NCBI GenBank assembly: GCA_023428465.1
Contig: JAEYXM010000092.1
Location: 1,911-65,910, forward strand
Source of the DNA: Actinomycetes bacterium
Lineage (GTDB): Bacteria > Actinomycetota > Actinomycetes > Actinomycetales > Cellulomonadaceae
Reading direction: 5' to 3'
Length of the DNA stretch: 64,000 bases
Position 1 is the stretch's first letter; the number at the start of each line of letters is the position of its first letter. A model generated the notes under the pieces. It was not told the DNA's origin and made no database searches. It saw only the letters and a list, made by a program, of their open reading frames with translations. Positions 1 through 10,153 of this stretch are shown here, piece after piece. The translations under genes and the position numbers were made by a program.

Positions 1-28
1 TTCGTGGTTCAAGGCCGGTGGGAGCGAC

Positions 29-427
29 CTACGCATCCTCACCGGAGAGGTCGAGCACGGCGTGGCTCGCCTCGATGTTGTTGCCGTCGGGGTCGCGCAC
101 GAACGCCGCGTAGTACGAGGTGACCGGTCCGCCCACGTACTCGGGCCACTCCCGCGCCTCGTGCAGGACCTCAGCGCCGACACTCCGCGCCGCCTCGAGG
201 AACGCGTCCACTCCGGCGCGCGAGGGCGCGGCGAAGGCCACGTGCGACTCGCGAAAGCCCTCGCCGAACCGGACGCCGATCCAGAACTCCGGGCCGTGGT
301 CGCCCCAGCCGATCGCGTACGGCGACTTGTCCTCCTGGCGGACCGCTCCGAGCGCGCCGAGCACCGCGTCGTAGAAGCGGGCCGACGCGTCGAAGTCGGA
401 GACCTGGAGCTCCACGTGGTCGATCAT
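29..427 (-). CDS. VOC/glyoxalase family protein
   Basis: MIDHVELQVSDFDASARFYDAVLG...SHVAFAA...YYAAFVRDPDGNNIEA is the typical VOC pattern. Start placed at ATG 427, with CATGAT 6 nt upstream. Confidence 0.9.
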   Translation of the reverse strand: MIDHVELQVSDFDASARFYDAVLGALGAVRQEDKSPYAIGWGDHGPEFWIGVRFGEGFRESHVAFAAPSRAGVDAFLEAARSVGAEVLHEAREWPEYVGGPVTSYYAAFVRDPDGNNIEASHAVLDLSGEDA

Positions 428-579
428 CCATCGATCATGGTCGCTCCGCGCGGCCGGCGACAAGCGCCGCCTGCCGACGCCGCCCCACCGCCCGGGCAGG
501 CACGACGCGGCCCGCCGGCGCGCATCCGGCGGGCCGGAAGGCCCGACTTCGTCCTGTTCGACGCAGTAGCCTCGTGCGG

Positions 580-1269
580 GTGCACGTGCAGGTGATCGTG
601 AATGCCGAGCCGACCGCCGTCCGGGACGACGACGGACCGCTCACCCGCTGGTTCTCCCGCTACGACCTCGCCGACCACCTCGCCCGCCCGGCGTCGGCGT
701 GCGCGGTGTGGCTGACCGGGCAGAACACGCTCCGCCACAGCACCTTGTCGCCCGAGGAGTCGGCGGTGCTGGACGACCTCGAGGACCGCGGTTACGCGAC
801 CGTCCGGTGCGGTTTCCCGTACAACGCGGCGGCCGTGGACCCGCCGTTCCGCAAGGAGCACTGGCTGCCCGCGGCGGTGCGGTGCATGCAGCAGTACGTC
901 GCGGCAGGGCACTCGCCGTCGTTCGCCGCCGTGGTGGCGCGGCACCTGCAGCCCGTGCTCGACGCGACGCGCGACCACCTCCTGCTGCTGGTCGGCAGCT
1001 GCGGTGCGCGCATGCTCGGCGCAGCGATGCCGCTCCTGCGCGTCCCCGAGGGTCTGGCGTTGCACGTCGTGGCGCTCGGCCCCGTGGGTACCCTGCCGGA
1101 GCTCCCCGGGCAACTCGATCCCCTCGTGGTCCGCGGCCGCTGGGACGTGCTGAGCGTGACGCTGTCGCGCGGCCCGGGCGTCCGGGTGGACTGCGGTCAC
1201 CTCGGCTACCTGCGCTGCCCCGAGGCCCGGGCTCGGATCCTCACGCATGCGGAGCGCGCGCTGCGCTGA
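580..1269 (+). CDS. Hypothetical protein, probable alpha/beta-hydrolase-like fold
   Basis: Coding-like codon bias. LLLLVGSCG nucleophile-elbow-like motif, then RGRWD and DCGHLGYL (candidate Ser-Asp-His). TAGCCT lies 7 nt before GTG 580. Confidence 0.65.
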   Translation: MHVQVIVNAEPTAVRDDDGPLTRWFSRYDLADHLARPASACAVWLTGQNTLRHSTLSPEESAVLDDLEDRGYATVRCGFPYNAAAVDPPFRKEHWLPAAVRCMQQYVAAGHSPSFAAVVARHLQPVLDATRDHLLLLVGSCGARMLGAAMPLLRVPEGLALHVVALGPVGTLPELPGQLDPLVVRGRWDVLSVTLSRGPGVRVDCGHLGYLRCPEARARILTHAERALR

Positions 1270-1326
1270 TCGAGGATCACCCGCGCGGCGCCCCCACGGC
1301 GAGCCAGGCAGGGGCATGCTGGAGGT

Positions 1327-2718
1327 ATGGACGGACGGGCTCCAGCGTCCCTGACCTTCCTCGGCGGCGCCGGCACGGTGACGGGCAGCCGATTCCTCCT
1401 CGAGCGCCCGGGTCGGCGAGTGCTCGTCGACTGCGGCCTCTACCAGGGCGAACGCGAGCTGCGACGACGGAACTGGGAGCCGTTCCCCGTGCCCGAGGAG
1501 AGCATCGACGACGTCGTGCTCTCGCACTGCCACCTCGACCACTGCGGGTACCTGCCCGCGCTCGTGCGCAACGGCTTCCGCGGACCCGTCTGGCTCACCG
1601 AGGGCACGGCGGCGCTCGCGGAGATCGTGCTCCGGGACTCGGGCTACCTCAACGAGCGGGATGCCGAGCTGGCGCGGGAGGGCGGCTGGTCCAAGCACAA
1701 CCCGCCGCTGCCGCTCTACACCGCCGCGGACGCCGGCCGCGCCGTCCAGCGCTTCCGCCTCGCGCGCATCGGCGAACCGGTCGACCTGCACGACGACGTC
1801 CGCCTCACCCTGCACCGGGCGGGCCACGTGCTCGGCTCGACGAGCCCGCACGTGCTCGTCGGTGGCGCCCCGGTCCTGTTCTCCGGGGACCTCGGGCGGA
1901 CGGTGCACCCTCTGCTCCGCCCGCGCTCCGACCCGCCCGCGGCCGCGACGGTCGTCGTCGAGTCCACCTACGGCAGCCGTGCGCACCCCGACCCCGACGG
2001 GCCGGCGCACGAGGCGTTCGCCGACGCCGTCCGCCGGACCGTCGCGCGGGGCGGCTCCGTGCTCGTCCCGGCGTTCGCGGTGGACCGCACCGAGCTCGTC
2101 CTGCACGCGCTGTCCGAGATGGTGGCCGACCAGCGAATCCCCTCCGTCCCCGTCTGGGTGGACAGCCCGATGGCGCTCGCGGCCCTCGAGGTCTACCGGC
2201 GCGGGTCGCTGCGCGACGAGCTGCGCGACGGCATCGGCCCGGAGCTGGTTCACCTGCCGCGGCTGAAGGCCGCGCGCACGCCCGAGGAGTCGATGGCGCT
2301 CAACAGCCCGCACGAGCCGAGCATCATCATCTCGGCGTCGGGCATGGCCACCGGTGGGCGCGTCGTGCACCACCTGCGCCACATGCTTCCCGACCCGCGC
2401 AACACCGTGGTACTCACGGGCTACCAGGCGTCGGGGACACGGGGGCGGGCGCTCCTCGAGGGGGCCGTCGAGCTGAAGATGTTCGGCCGGTACGTCCCGG
2501 TGGAGGCGGAGGTCGTCGCCGACGAGGAGTTCTCGGTCCACGCCGACGCCGACGAGCTGCTGGCCTGGCTCGGCGCGATGCCCGGCGCACCGCAGGCGGT
2601 GTACGTCGTCCACGGCGAGGTGGACGCGGCCAGGGACCTGTCGCGGCGGATCCACCGCGAGCTCGGGTGGACCGCGGTCGTGCCGCACCTGGGGGAGCGG
2701 GTCCGGCTCGCCGAGTGA
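1327..2718 (+). CDS. MBL-fold metallo-hydrolase with beta-CASP/RNA-specificity domain (Ysh1/TTHA0252-like RNase)
   Basis: FLGGAGTVTGS, VDCGL, SHCHLDH, AGHVLG, FSGDLG, ESTYG, SASGM, FSVHAD and VHGE motifs. GGAGG upstream. Confidence 0.92.
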   Translation: MDGRAPASLTFLGGAGTVTGSRFLLERPGRRVLVDCGLYQGERELRRRNWEPFPVPEESIDDVVLSHCHLDHCGYLPALVRNGFRGPVWLTEGTAALAEIVLRDSGYLNERDAELAREGGWSKHNPPLPLYTAADAGRAVQRFRLARIGEPVDLHDDVRLTLHRAGHVLGSTSPHVLVGGAPVLFSGDLGRTVHPLLRPRSDPPAAATVVVESTYGSRAHPDPDGPAHEAFADAVRRTVARGGSVLVPAFAVDRTELVLHALSEMVADQRIPSVPVWVDSPMALAALEVYRRGSLRDELRDGIGPELVHLPRLKAARTPEESMALNSPHEPSIIISASGMATGGRVVHHLRHMLPDPRNTVVLTGYQASGTRGRALLEGAVELKMFGRYVPVEAEVVADEEFSVHADADELLAWLGAMPGAPQAVYVVHGEVDAARDLSRRIHRELGWTAVVPHLGERVRLAE

Positions 2719-2820
2719 GCAGGGCTGCCCCGGGAGCACAGGCACGGGACGGCCGGGGCCGCCACGTCGGCCGCGACATCCACCCGTCGCCCCGCGCCGT
2801 CAGGCCCGGGCTCACGGCCG

Positions 2821-3582
2821 TCAGGTGAGCCGGGCCAGCAGACGTTCGAGACCGGGGACGTACCCCCCGCCGAAGAGAACGGCGTGCATCCCCAGCGGGT
2901 AGAGCTGATGGAGGGCCACGGCGTCGTCCCACGCGGCCGGCAGCGGGTGGACCGCGTCGTACGCGGCCAGGACCTCGTCCAGGTGGGCCAGCCCGAAGAG
3001 CTCGAGCATCGCCAGGTCCGTCATCCGGTGCCCGCCGTGGGCCGCCGGGTCGATGAGCACCACGCCGTCCGCCGTCCACATCACGTTGCCGGACCACAGG
3101 TCGCCGTGGACGCGCGCGGGCGGGTCGCCGTCGTCCCAGTCCCCGGCGACGAGGCGGTCCATGACGCGCTGCAGCCCCTCCGCCGTGCGCGGCGAGCAGC
3201 GGCCGCGCTCGCGCAACAGGTCGCGGACCTGGGCGACGCGGCATCGGGCGTAGAACTCGCCCCACCGGTCGAACGTGCCCGACCGCAGGGGCAGTGGCTG
3301 GTCCAGCGGCCCGAAGAACCCGTCGCCGCTCCACCCGTCGGGCGGTGCGCCGAAGGCGGGGGCGCCGGCGTCGTGCAGGCGTGCCAGCGCGGACCCGAGG
3401 TCCCGCGCGGCCGCCCGGCTCGGGGGGACCGACGAGAGCTGCTCGAGCTCGAGAGCGTCGTCGGCCACGCCGAGCACGCGCACCACGCGCGGGCCCCCCG
3501 GCACGGTCAGCCACGCGAGCCCCGCCGACTCGCACGCGAAGAAGCCGCGCGGCGCCCGGTCGGAGGTCTTGCGGAACGGCAT
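2821..3582 (-). CDS. Fructosamine kinase family protein
   Basis: FF.CESAGLAWL, HGDLWSGN, LIDPAAHGGHR.TDLAML and HAVLFGGGY motifs. Confidence 0.9.
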   Translation of the reverse strand: MPFRKTSDRAPRGFFACESAGLAWLTVPGGPRVVRVLGVADDALELEQLSSVPPSRAAARDLGSALARLHDAGAPAFGAPPDGWSGDGFFGPLDQPLPLRSGTFDRWGEFYARCRVAQVRDLLRERGRCSPRTAEGLQRVMDRLVAGDWDDGDPPARVHGDLWSGNVMWTADGVVLIDPAAHGGHRMTDLAMLELFGLAHLDEVLAAYDAVHPLPAAWDDAVALHQLYPLGMHAVLFGGGYVPGLERLLARLT

Positions 3583-3706
3583 GCCCGCAGTTCACCACGA
3601 CGCCGGACCGTCGGCGTGCCATTCTCGGCGTGGACGCCGCTGCCGACCGGTGGCGGGCCCTCCGCGAGGCCCACCCGGCCCGCCGGCCGGACCAGGAGGT
3701 GGCGGC

Positions 3707-4843
3707 ATGAGGATCGGCATCCCGGCCGAGGTCAAGGACCACGAGTACCGCGTCGCCCTCACGCCCGCAGGCGCCCGGGCGCTGACGTCGGCGGGCCATG
3801 AGGTGCTCGTCCAGGCTGGTGCGGGCGTGGGCTCCGGGCTGCCCGACGCCGCCTACGGGGCCGCCGGCGCGCGCATCGTGCCCACGGCCGCCGACGCGTG
3901 GGACGCCCCGCTCGTCTGCGAGATCAAGGAGCCGATCGCGGCCGAGTACGGGTACCTGCGTCCCGACCAGGTCCTGTTCACCTACCTGCACCTGGCCGCG
4001 AGCCGACCCTGCACCGACGCCCTGCTGCGTGCCGGCACGACGGGGATCGCCTACGAGACGGTCCAGCTGCCGGATGCCTCGCTGCCGCTGCTCGCACCGA
4101 TGAGCGAGGTCGCCGGACGACTCGCGACGCAGGAGGGTGCCCACCACCTGATGCGCAGCAACGGCGGGCGGGGCGTGCTGCTGGGCGGGGTACCGGGCGC
4201 CGCGGCCGGTCGCGTCGTCGTGCTGGGTGCCGGTACCGCCGGCCGACATGCCGCGCAGATGGCCGTCGGCATGGAGGCGGAGGTGACCGTGCTCGATGTC
4301 GCCCTGCCGCGGCTGCGGGAGCTCGAGGCCCGCTACGGGGGCCGGGTCCGCACGCTCGCCTCGACCGTGCAGGCGATCGAGGACGCCGTGATCGAGGCCG
4401 ACCTCGTGATCGGCGCGGTCCTCGTGCCCGGTGGTCGAGCGCCCGTACTCGTGGACGACGCGCTGATCGCCTCGATGCGCCCGGGCGCCGTCCTCGTGGA
4501 CGTCGCGGTGGACCAGGGCGGCTGCATCGAGGGGACGCGACCCACGACGCACTCCGACCCGGTGTTCGCCGTGCACGACGCGCTCCTGTACTGCGTCGCC
4601 AACATGCCCGGCGCGGTAGCGGTGACGTCGACCCAGGCGCTCACGGCCGCGACGCTGCCGTACGTCGTCGCGCTCGCGGGCCACGGCTGGCGCGACGCCC
4701 TGCGGCGCGACCCCGCCCTCGCGGCGGGCCTCAACACCCACGCCGGAGCCGTGACCCACGCCGCCGTGGCGCGCGCGCACGGGCTGGCGCTCGCGGATCC
4801 GGCGGACGTGATCGGGGCGGGCGAGGTGTCGGCCGCGCCCTGA
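3707..4843 (+). CDS. ald: Alanine dehydrogenase
   Basis: MRIGIPAEVKDHEYRVALTP, IKEP, FTYLHLAA, PLLAPMSEVAGR, DVAVDQGG and VANMPGAV. AGGAGG RBS before ATG 3707. Confidence 0.95.
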   Translation: MRIGIPAEVKDHEYRVALTPAGARALTSAGHEVLVQAGAGVGSGLPDAAYGAAGARIVPTAADAWDAPLVCEIKEPIAAEYGYLRPDQVLFTYLHLAASRPCTDALLRAGTTGIAYETVQLPDASLPLLAPMSEVAGRLATQEGAHHLMRSNGGRGVLLGGVPGAAAGRVVVLGAGTAGRHAAQMAVGMEAEVTVLDVALPRLRELEARYGGRVRTLASTVQAIEDAVIEADLVIGAVLVPGGRAPVLVDDALIASMRPGAVLVDVAVDQGGCIEGTRPTTHSDPVFAVHDALLYCVANMPGAVAVTSTQALTAATLPYVVALAGHGWRDALRRDPALAAGLNTHAGAVTHAAVARAHGLALADPADVIGAGEVSAAP

Positions 4844-4951
4844 CCGCTGCCGGCCGGCCCCAGGCGCGACACGGCGGAACGTCCACCGAACGGGGCAGCC
4901 GGTCACGTGCTCGCGGTGGGACACTGGGGCACGCCGAGCGATGGAGGGGCG

Positions 4952-5926
4952 ATGACTGGCGAGAGCAACGGGTCCGACGACGCTGCAGGCCGCACCACTC
5001 CCATGGGCCGCGGGGGCACCCTGGCCTGGGACGACCTTGTCACGGAGGTCCTCGACGCGACCCCCATCGGCGTCTGCGTCACCAGCGAGGACGGCCTGTT
5101 CGAGCACGTGAACCCCGCCTACGAGCGCCTGTACGGGTACCCGGCGCAGGAGCTGCTCGGCCAGCACTTCACGCTCGTCGTACCCCCGGAGCACCGTGAG
5201 GTGCTGCGGCGGACGCACGACCGCTTCATCGCGGACGGAGCACCGATGCGCGAGGAGTGGGAGGTCGTCGCGAAGGACCGGACGCGCCTGTCCATCCTCG
5301 CGAACGCCTGCCGCGTGCTCGGCACCGACGGGCGCTTCCGCAAGGTGACGTTCGTCGTCGACGTGACCGAGCGCAAGCGCATGGCAGCGGATCTCGTCCA
5401 GGCGAACTCGGACCTGGCCCAGGTGAACCTCCGGCTCGCCCACCTCGCGGCCCACGACCCGCTGACCGGGCTGGCGAACCACCGCCGGACCCACGAGCTC
5501 CTGGTCCAGGCCGTCGAGACCGCCGAGCGGTACAGCCGGGAGCTCGCCGTGGCGGTCATCGACCTCGACAGGTTCAAGGCGGTCAACGACACGTGGGGCC
5601 ACCTCGAGGGCGACGTCGTCCTGAAGGAGTTCGCGCGGCTGCTGCAGGGCGTGCTTCGGGCCGTCGACGCGGCGGGCCGGGTGGGCGGGGAGGAGTTCCT
5701 CCTCGTCCTGCCGGAGACGGGCGCCGAGGGCGCCGTCGTCGTCCTGGAACGGCTGCGGACGGCCTGCTGGGACCACCTGCACACGCCCGACGGCGCGGCC
5801 GTGCAGTTCAGCGCGGGCGTCGCGACATTCCGGGAGCACGACATGCCCGAGCAGGTGCTGCGCCGCGCCGACGAGGCGCTGCTGCACGCGAAGGAGAGCG
5901 GACGCAACCGCACGGAAATCGGTTGA
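4952..5926 (+). CDS. PAS-domain diguanylate cyclase (GGDEF)
   Basis: PAS region (VNPAYERLYGY...ELLG), HDPLTGLAN, DLDRFKAVNDTWGH, RAVD I-site and GGEEF. GGAGG before ATG 4952. Confidence 0.92.
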   Translation: MTGESNGSDDAAGRTTPMGRGGTLAWDDLVTEVLDATPIGVCVTSEDGLFEHVNPAYERLYGYPAQELLGQHFTLVVPPEHREVLRRTHDRFIADGAPMREEWEVVAKDRTRLSILANACRVLGTDGRFRKVTFVVDVTERKRMAADLVQANSDLAQVNLRLAHLAAHDPLTGLANHRRTHELLVQAVETAERYSRELAVAVIDLDRFKAVNDTWGHLEGDVVLKEFARLLQGVLRAVDAAGRVGGEEFLLVLPETGAEGAVVVLERLRTACWDHLHTPDGAAVQFSAGVATFREHDMPEQVLRRADEALLHAKESGRNRTEIG

Positions 5927-5959
5927 GGCCACGTGATCGGGTCTGGCTAGGGTGACCCG

Positions 5960-6565
5960 GTGCGACGCGCGACCCTGACCGACGACGTGGTTCTCCTGCG
6001 CCCACCCGACGCGGCGGACGTGGACGCGATCACCGTGGCGTGCCAGGACGCCGAGGTCGCCGCGTGGGTGACGACCCCGTGGCCCTACGAGCGCGAGCAC
6101 GCGGCGTCGTTCGTGGAGCGCGTCGTGCAGCCGGGGTGGGAGTCCGGCACGGACCTGGTGTGGTCGATCCGGGACGCCGCGGACGACCGCTTCCTCGGGG
6201 TGATCGGGCTGCACCACATCGCCGACGCCTCGGCGGAGATCGGGTTCTGGATGGCCCCGTGGGGCCGCCGCGGCGGCCGGATGGCGCGCGCGGTCGCGCT
6301 GGTGCTGGACCACGCGTTCGACGACGAGGGCCTTCGCCTCGTCCGGGTCGTGTGGTCGGCGTTCGTCGGGAACTGGCCGTCACGTCGCATCGCGTGGCGC
6401 GCGGGCTTCCGGCTCGAGGGCACCATTCGCCAGCACGTGGTGCAGCGCGACGGGGTCCGCCGCGACGCGTGGGTCGGCACGCTGCTGCGCGACGACCCGC
6501 GCGAGCCGTACGAGCCGTGGCCCGCGGACGCGCCACCCGATGGCGGCGCCGTGGTGCCCGCGTGA
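5960..6565 (+). CDS. GNAT N-acetyltransferase (RimJ/RimL-like)
   Basis: LLRPPDAADVDAI, AEIGFWMAPWGR, N.PSRRIAWRAGFRLEG. Confidence 0.88.
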   Translation: MRRATLTDDVVLLRPPDAADVDAITVACQDAEVAAWVTTPWPYEREHAASFVERVVQPGWESGTDLVWSIRDAADDRFLGVIGLHHIADASAEIGFWMAPWGRRGGRMARAVALVLDHAFDDEGLRLVRVVWSAFVGNWPSRRIAWRAGFRLEGTIRQHVVQRDGVRRDAWVGTLLRDDPREPYEPWPADAPPDGGAVVPA

Positions 6566-6627
6566 GCGTGCCGGGCGGCCGCTGATATGGCTTTGGTGGA
6601 CCCGCGCTGATCCGCCAGGATCGGGGC

Positions 6628-8700
6628 ATGAGCCCGTCCGCGACCCTCGACCCGGCCAACCCGTTCGCCGCACCGTCCACGCTGCCCTACGGGCTCGCGG
6701 ACTTCGGGGCGATCACCACCGAGCACTATCTGCCGGCCTTCCGCGCGGGCATGGGCGAGCAGCTCGCCGAGGTCGCCCGGATCGTGGCGGACCCGGAGCC
6801 GCCGACCGAGGAGAACACGCTCGTGGCCCTCGAGCGGTCGGGCCGGCTGCTGCAGCGCGTGAGCAACGTCCTGTTCAACCGGACGAGCGCGGACACGAGC
6901 CCCGAGCTGGACGCGGTCGAGGCCGAGGTGGCGCCGGAGCTCGCGGCCCACCACGATGCGATCTACCTCGACGCCGGCCTGTACGCGCGGCTCACGGCCT
7001 TGAAGGCGCGGGTCGAGGCAGGGGAGACGACGCTCGCGGCCGACGCCGCGTGGCTGCTGCACGAGCTCCTGCAGGACTTCGTGCGCGCCGGCGTCGCGAC
7101 GCCGCCCGAGGCGCAGGCCGAGCTCCGCGAGCTCAACGAGCGCATCGTCACCCTCGAGACGGCGTTCGCGCAGCGACTCCTCGCGGAGACGAACGCCTCC
7201 GCGGTGCTGCTCGCCGAGGACGACGTGGCAGGGCTGCCCGACGACGCCGTCGCCGCCCTGCGCAGTGCGGCCGCCGAGCGGGGCCACGAGACCGGCTACC
7301 TCGTCGAGCTCAGCCTGCCCACGCAGCAGCCGGTGCTCGCCCAGCTGGCTCGCCGCGACGTACGTCGGCGCGTGCACGAGGCGTCGGTCGCCCGCGGTGG
7401 CCGCGGCGGGGAGCACGACACGCGGGCGACGCTCCTGGAGCTCGTGCGGCTGCGGGCGCGGCGTGCCCAACTGCTCGGCCATGCGCACCATGCGTCCTAC
7501 GTGGCCGACAGCGGCACCGCCCGGACCACCGACGCCGTCCAGGGCATGCTCGACCGGCTCGCCCCCGCGGCGGCGGCCAACGCGCGCCGTGAGGCGGCGG
7601 ACCTCGAGCGCGCGCTGCAGGCCGACCTGCCGGGGGAGAGCCTCGCGGCCTGGGACTGGGCGCTCTACGCCGAGCGGGTGCGCCAGGAGCGGTACGCCCT
7701 CGACGACGCGCTGCTGCGCCCGTACCTCGAGCTCGAGCGGGTCGTGCACGAGGGCGTCTTCCACGCGGCGACCCAGCTGTACGGCATCACGTTCGCCCGC
7801 CGCGAGGACCTGATCGGCTACCACCCCGACGTCCGGGTCTACGAGGTGCTCGACACCGACGGCAGCGGACTCGGGCTGTTCCTGGCCGACTGGTACACGC
7901 GCGAGTCGAAGCAGGGCGGTGCGTGGATGAACAACCTCGTCGACCAGAACCGGCTCCTGGACGAGCGGCCCGTCGTCGTGAACAACCTGAACATCCCCAA
8001 GCCGCCCGAGGGGCAGCCCACGCTCCTCACGTGGGACGAGGTCATCACGTTGTTCCACGAGTTCGGCCACGCGCTGCACGGCCTGCTCTCGGACGTGCGG
8101 TTCCCGTCGCAGTCCGGCACCGAGGTGCCGCGCGACTTCGTCGAGTACCCCTCGCAGGTCAACGAGATGTGGGCGTGGGAGCCGAGCGTGCTGCGCCGGT
8201 ACGCGGTGCACCACGAGACGGGCGAGCCGATGCCGGCCGAGTGGGTCGACACGATGCTCGCCGCGCGGCAGTTCAATGAAGGCTTTGCGACGACGGAGTA
8301 CCTCGCCGCGTCGCTGCTGGACCAGGCGTGGCACCAGCTCACGCCGCAGGACGTGCCGACCGACGTCGACGCTGTCGAGGAGTTCGAGCGGACCGCCCTC
8401 GAAGCGGCGGGCGTGGCCCTCGACGCGGTGCCACCGCGGTACCGCACGACGTACTTCAACCACGTCTTCGGCGGCGGCTACGCGGCGTCGTACTACGGCT
8501 ACATCTGGTCGGAGGTGCTCGATGCCGACACGGTGGAGTGGTTCCGGGAGAACGGCGGGTTGACGCGCGAGAACGGGGAGACGTTCCGGCGCACGCTGCT
8601 CGGCGTCGGCGGGTCGTGCGACCCTCTCGAGGCGTTCCGCCGACTGCGTGGCCGGGACCCGGAGATCGAGCCGCTGCTGGCGCGCCGCGGGCTGGCCTGA
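6628..8700 (+). CDS. dcp: M3 family peptidyl-dipeptidase Dcp
   Basis: TLFHEFGHALHG zinc motif, SKQGGAWM, RDFVEYPSQVNE, YYGYIWSEVLDAD. Confidence 0.93.
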   Translation: MSPSATLDPANPFAAPSTLPYGLADFGAITTEHYLPAFRAGMGEQLAEVARIVADPEPPTEENTLVALERSGRLLQRVSNVLFNRTSADTSPELDAVEAEVAPELAAHHDAIYLDAGLYARLTALKARVEAGETTLAADAAWLLHELLQDFVRAGVATPPEAQAELRELNERIVTLETAFAQRLLAETNASAVLLAEDDVAGLPDDAVAALRSAAAERGHETGYLVELSLPTQQPVLAQLARRDVRRRVHEASVARGGRGGEHDTRATLLELVRLRARRAQLLGHAHHASYVADSGTARTTDAVQGMLDRLAPAAAANARREAADLERALQADLPGESLAAWDWALYAERVRQERYALDDALLRPYLELERVVHEGVFHAATQLYGITFARREDLIGYHPDVRVYEVLDTDGSGLGLFLADWYTRESKQGGAWMNNLVDQNRLLDERPVVVNNLNIPKPPEGQPTLLTWDEVITLFHEFGHALHGLLSDVRFPSQSGTEVPRDFVEYPSQVNEMWAWEPSVLRRYAVHHETGEPMPAEWVDTMLAARQFNEGFATTEYLAASLLDQAWHQLTPQDVPTDVDAVEEFERTALEAAGVALDAVPPRYRTTYFNHVFGGGYAASYYGYIWSEVLDADTVEWFRENGGLTRENGETFRRTLLGVGGSCDPLEAFRRLRGRDPEIEPLLARRGLA

Positions 8701-8730
8701 CGCCTCGGTGGCGCCGGTACGGTGGGCACC

Positions 8731-10044
8731 ATGGCGACACCCACGGCCGAGGACGAGGTCGTCGGCATCTGCCGCGACCTGCTGCGCATCGACACGTCGA
8801 ACTACGGCGACAACGACGGCCCGGGGGAGCGCGATGCCGCGGAGTACGTCGCGGCGTCGCTCGCCGAGGTCGGGCTCGAGCCCGTGGTCCTCGAGTCGGA
8901 CCGTCGCCGCACGTCCGTGGTCGTGCGCCTCGAGGGCACCGACGCGTCACGCCCCGCGCTCGTGCTGCACGGTCACACCGACGTCGTGCCCGCGCAGGCG
9001 TCCGACTGGTCGGTCGACCCCTTCGGCGGCGAGGAGCGCGACGGCCTGCTGTGGGGCCGTGGTGCCGTGGACATGAAGGGCATGGACGCGATGATCCTGG
9101 CGGTCGTCCGCCAGATGCTGCGCGAGGGCCGGCGCCCGGCGCGCGACGTCGTCGTCGCGATGTTCGCCGACGAGGAGGCCGGCGGCGCGTACGGCGCCCG
9201 CTGGGTGGTCGACAACCGACCGGACCTGTTCGAGCGTGCGACCGAGGCGATCAGCGAGGTCGGCGGCTTCTCCGTCGAGATCGACGGTCACCGCGCCTAC
9301 CTGCTGCAGACGGCCGAGAAGGGCATCGGGTGGCTGCGGCTCGTCGCGGAGGGCCGTGCGGGCCACGGCTCTCAGGTGAACACGGAGAACGCCGTCACCG
9401 AGCTCGCCGCGGCGGTCGCGCGCATCGGCGCGCACGCCTGGCCGATGCGCCTGACCCCGACGGTCCGCGCACTGCTGGACGGGGTGTCGGGCCTGACCGG
9501 CATCTCCTTCGACCCGGAGGACCCCGATGGCGTCACGCGCCTCGTCGAGGCGCTCGGGCCGGTCCGCCGGTTCGTGGGCGCGACGCTGCGCAACACCGCC
9601 AACCCCACGCAGCTCGCGGCGGGCTACAAGGCGAACGTGATCCCCGGCCGCGCCGAGGCCGTCCTGGACACCCGCTTCCTGCCGGGCCACGAGGAGGAGG
9701 CGCTGGCGACCCTCACCGAGCTCGCGGGGGAGCACGTGCGGTTGGAGGACATCCACCGCGACGTAGCGCTCGAGGTCCCGTTCCACGGCGGCCTGGTCGA
9801 CGCGATGGTCGCCGCGGTCACCGCGGAGGACCCCGGCGCGACCGTCCTGCCCTACGCGTTGTCCGCGGGCACGGACAACAAGTCCCTCCACCGGCTGGGC
9901 ATCACCGGCTACGGTTTCGCGCCCCTGCGGCTGCCGCCCGAGCTCGACTTCTCGGGCATGTTCCACGGCGTCGACGAGCGGGTCCCGGTCGACGCGCTGC
10001 GGTTCGGCGTGCGCGTCCTGGACCGGCTGCTCAGCACCTGCTGA
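8731..10044 (+). CDS. M20/M25/M40 family metallo-hydrolase
   Basis: HGHTDVVPA, GRGAVDMK, ADEEAGG, GYKANVIP, GTDNK, FHGVDERVP. Confidence 0.93.
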   Translation: MATPTAEDEVVGICRDLLRIDTSNYGDNDGPGERDAAEYVAASLAEVGLEPVVLESDRRRTSVVVRLEGTDASRPALVLHGHTDVVPAQASDWSVDPFGGEERDGLLWGRGAVDMKGMDAMILAVVRQMLREGRRPARDVVVAMFADEEAGGAYGARWVVDNRPDLFERATEAISEVGGFSVEIDGHRAYLLQTAEKGIGWLRLVAEGRAGHGSQVNTENAVTELAAAVARIGAHAWPMRLTPTVRALLDGVSGLTGISFDPEDPDGVTRLVEALGPVRRFVGATLRNTANPTQLAAGYKANVIPGRAEAVLDTRFLPGHEEEALATLTELAGEHVRLEDIHRDVALEVPFHGGLVDAMVAAVTAEDPGATVLPYALSAGTDNKSLHRLGITGYGFAPLRLPPELDFSGMFHGVDERVPVDALRFGVRVLDRLLSTC

Positions 10045-10070
10045 CGGGCGTGGGCGCCACCCTGCGCAGA

Positions 10071-10142
10071 CCTCACGCCGGGCCTGACGCCGTGCCTGAG
10101 GCCGGGCCTGACGCCGGGCCTGACGCCGTGCCGCACGTGGCC
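10071..10142. repeat. Intergenic 12-bp tandem repeat (consensus CCTGACGCCGKG), 5 copies plus 1 degenerate
   Basis: Units read directly: cctcacgccggg, cctgacgccgtg, cctgaggccggg, cctgacgccggg, cctgacgccgtg, ccgcacgtggcc. It lies between convergent genes. Confidence 0.85.
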
Positions 10143-10153
10143 GCCGGCCCGGG

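Noticed and set aside
1327..2718. Beta-lactamase resistance gene
   Set aside because: The motifs indicate a beta-CASP ribonuclease, and there is no signal peptide.
10071..10142. Possible CRISPR array
   Set aside because: Contiguous 12-bp units with no spacers and no cas genes nearby.
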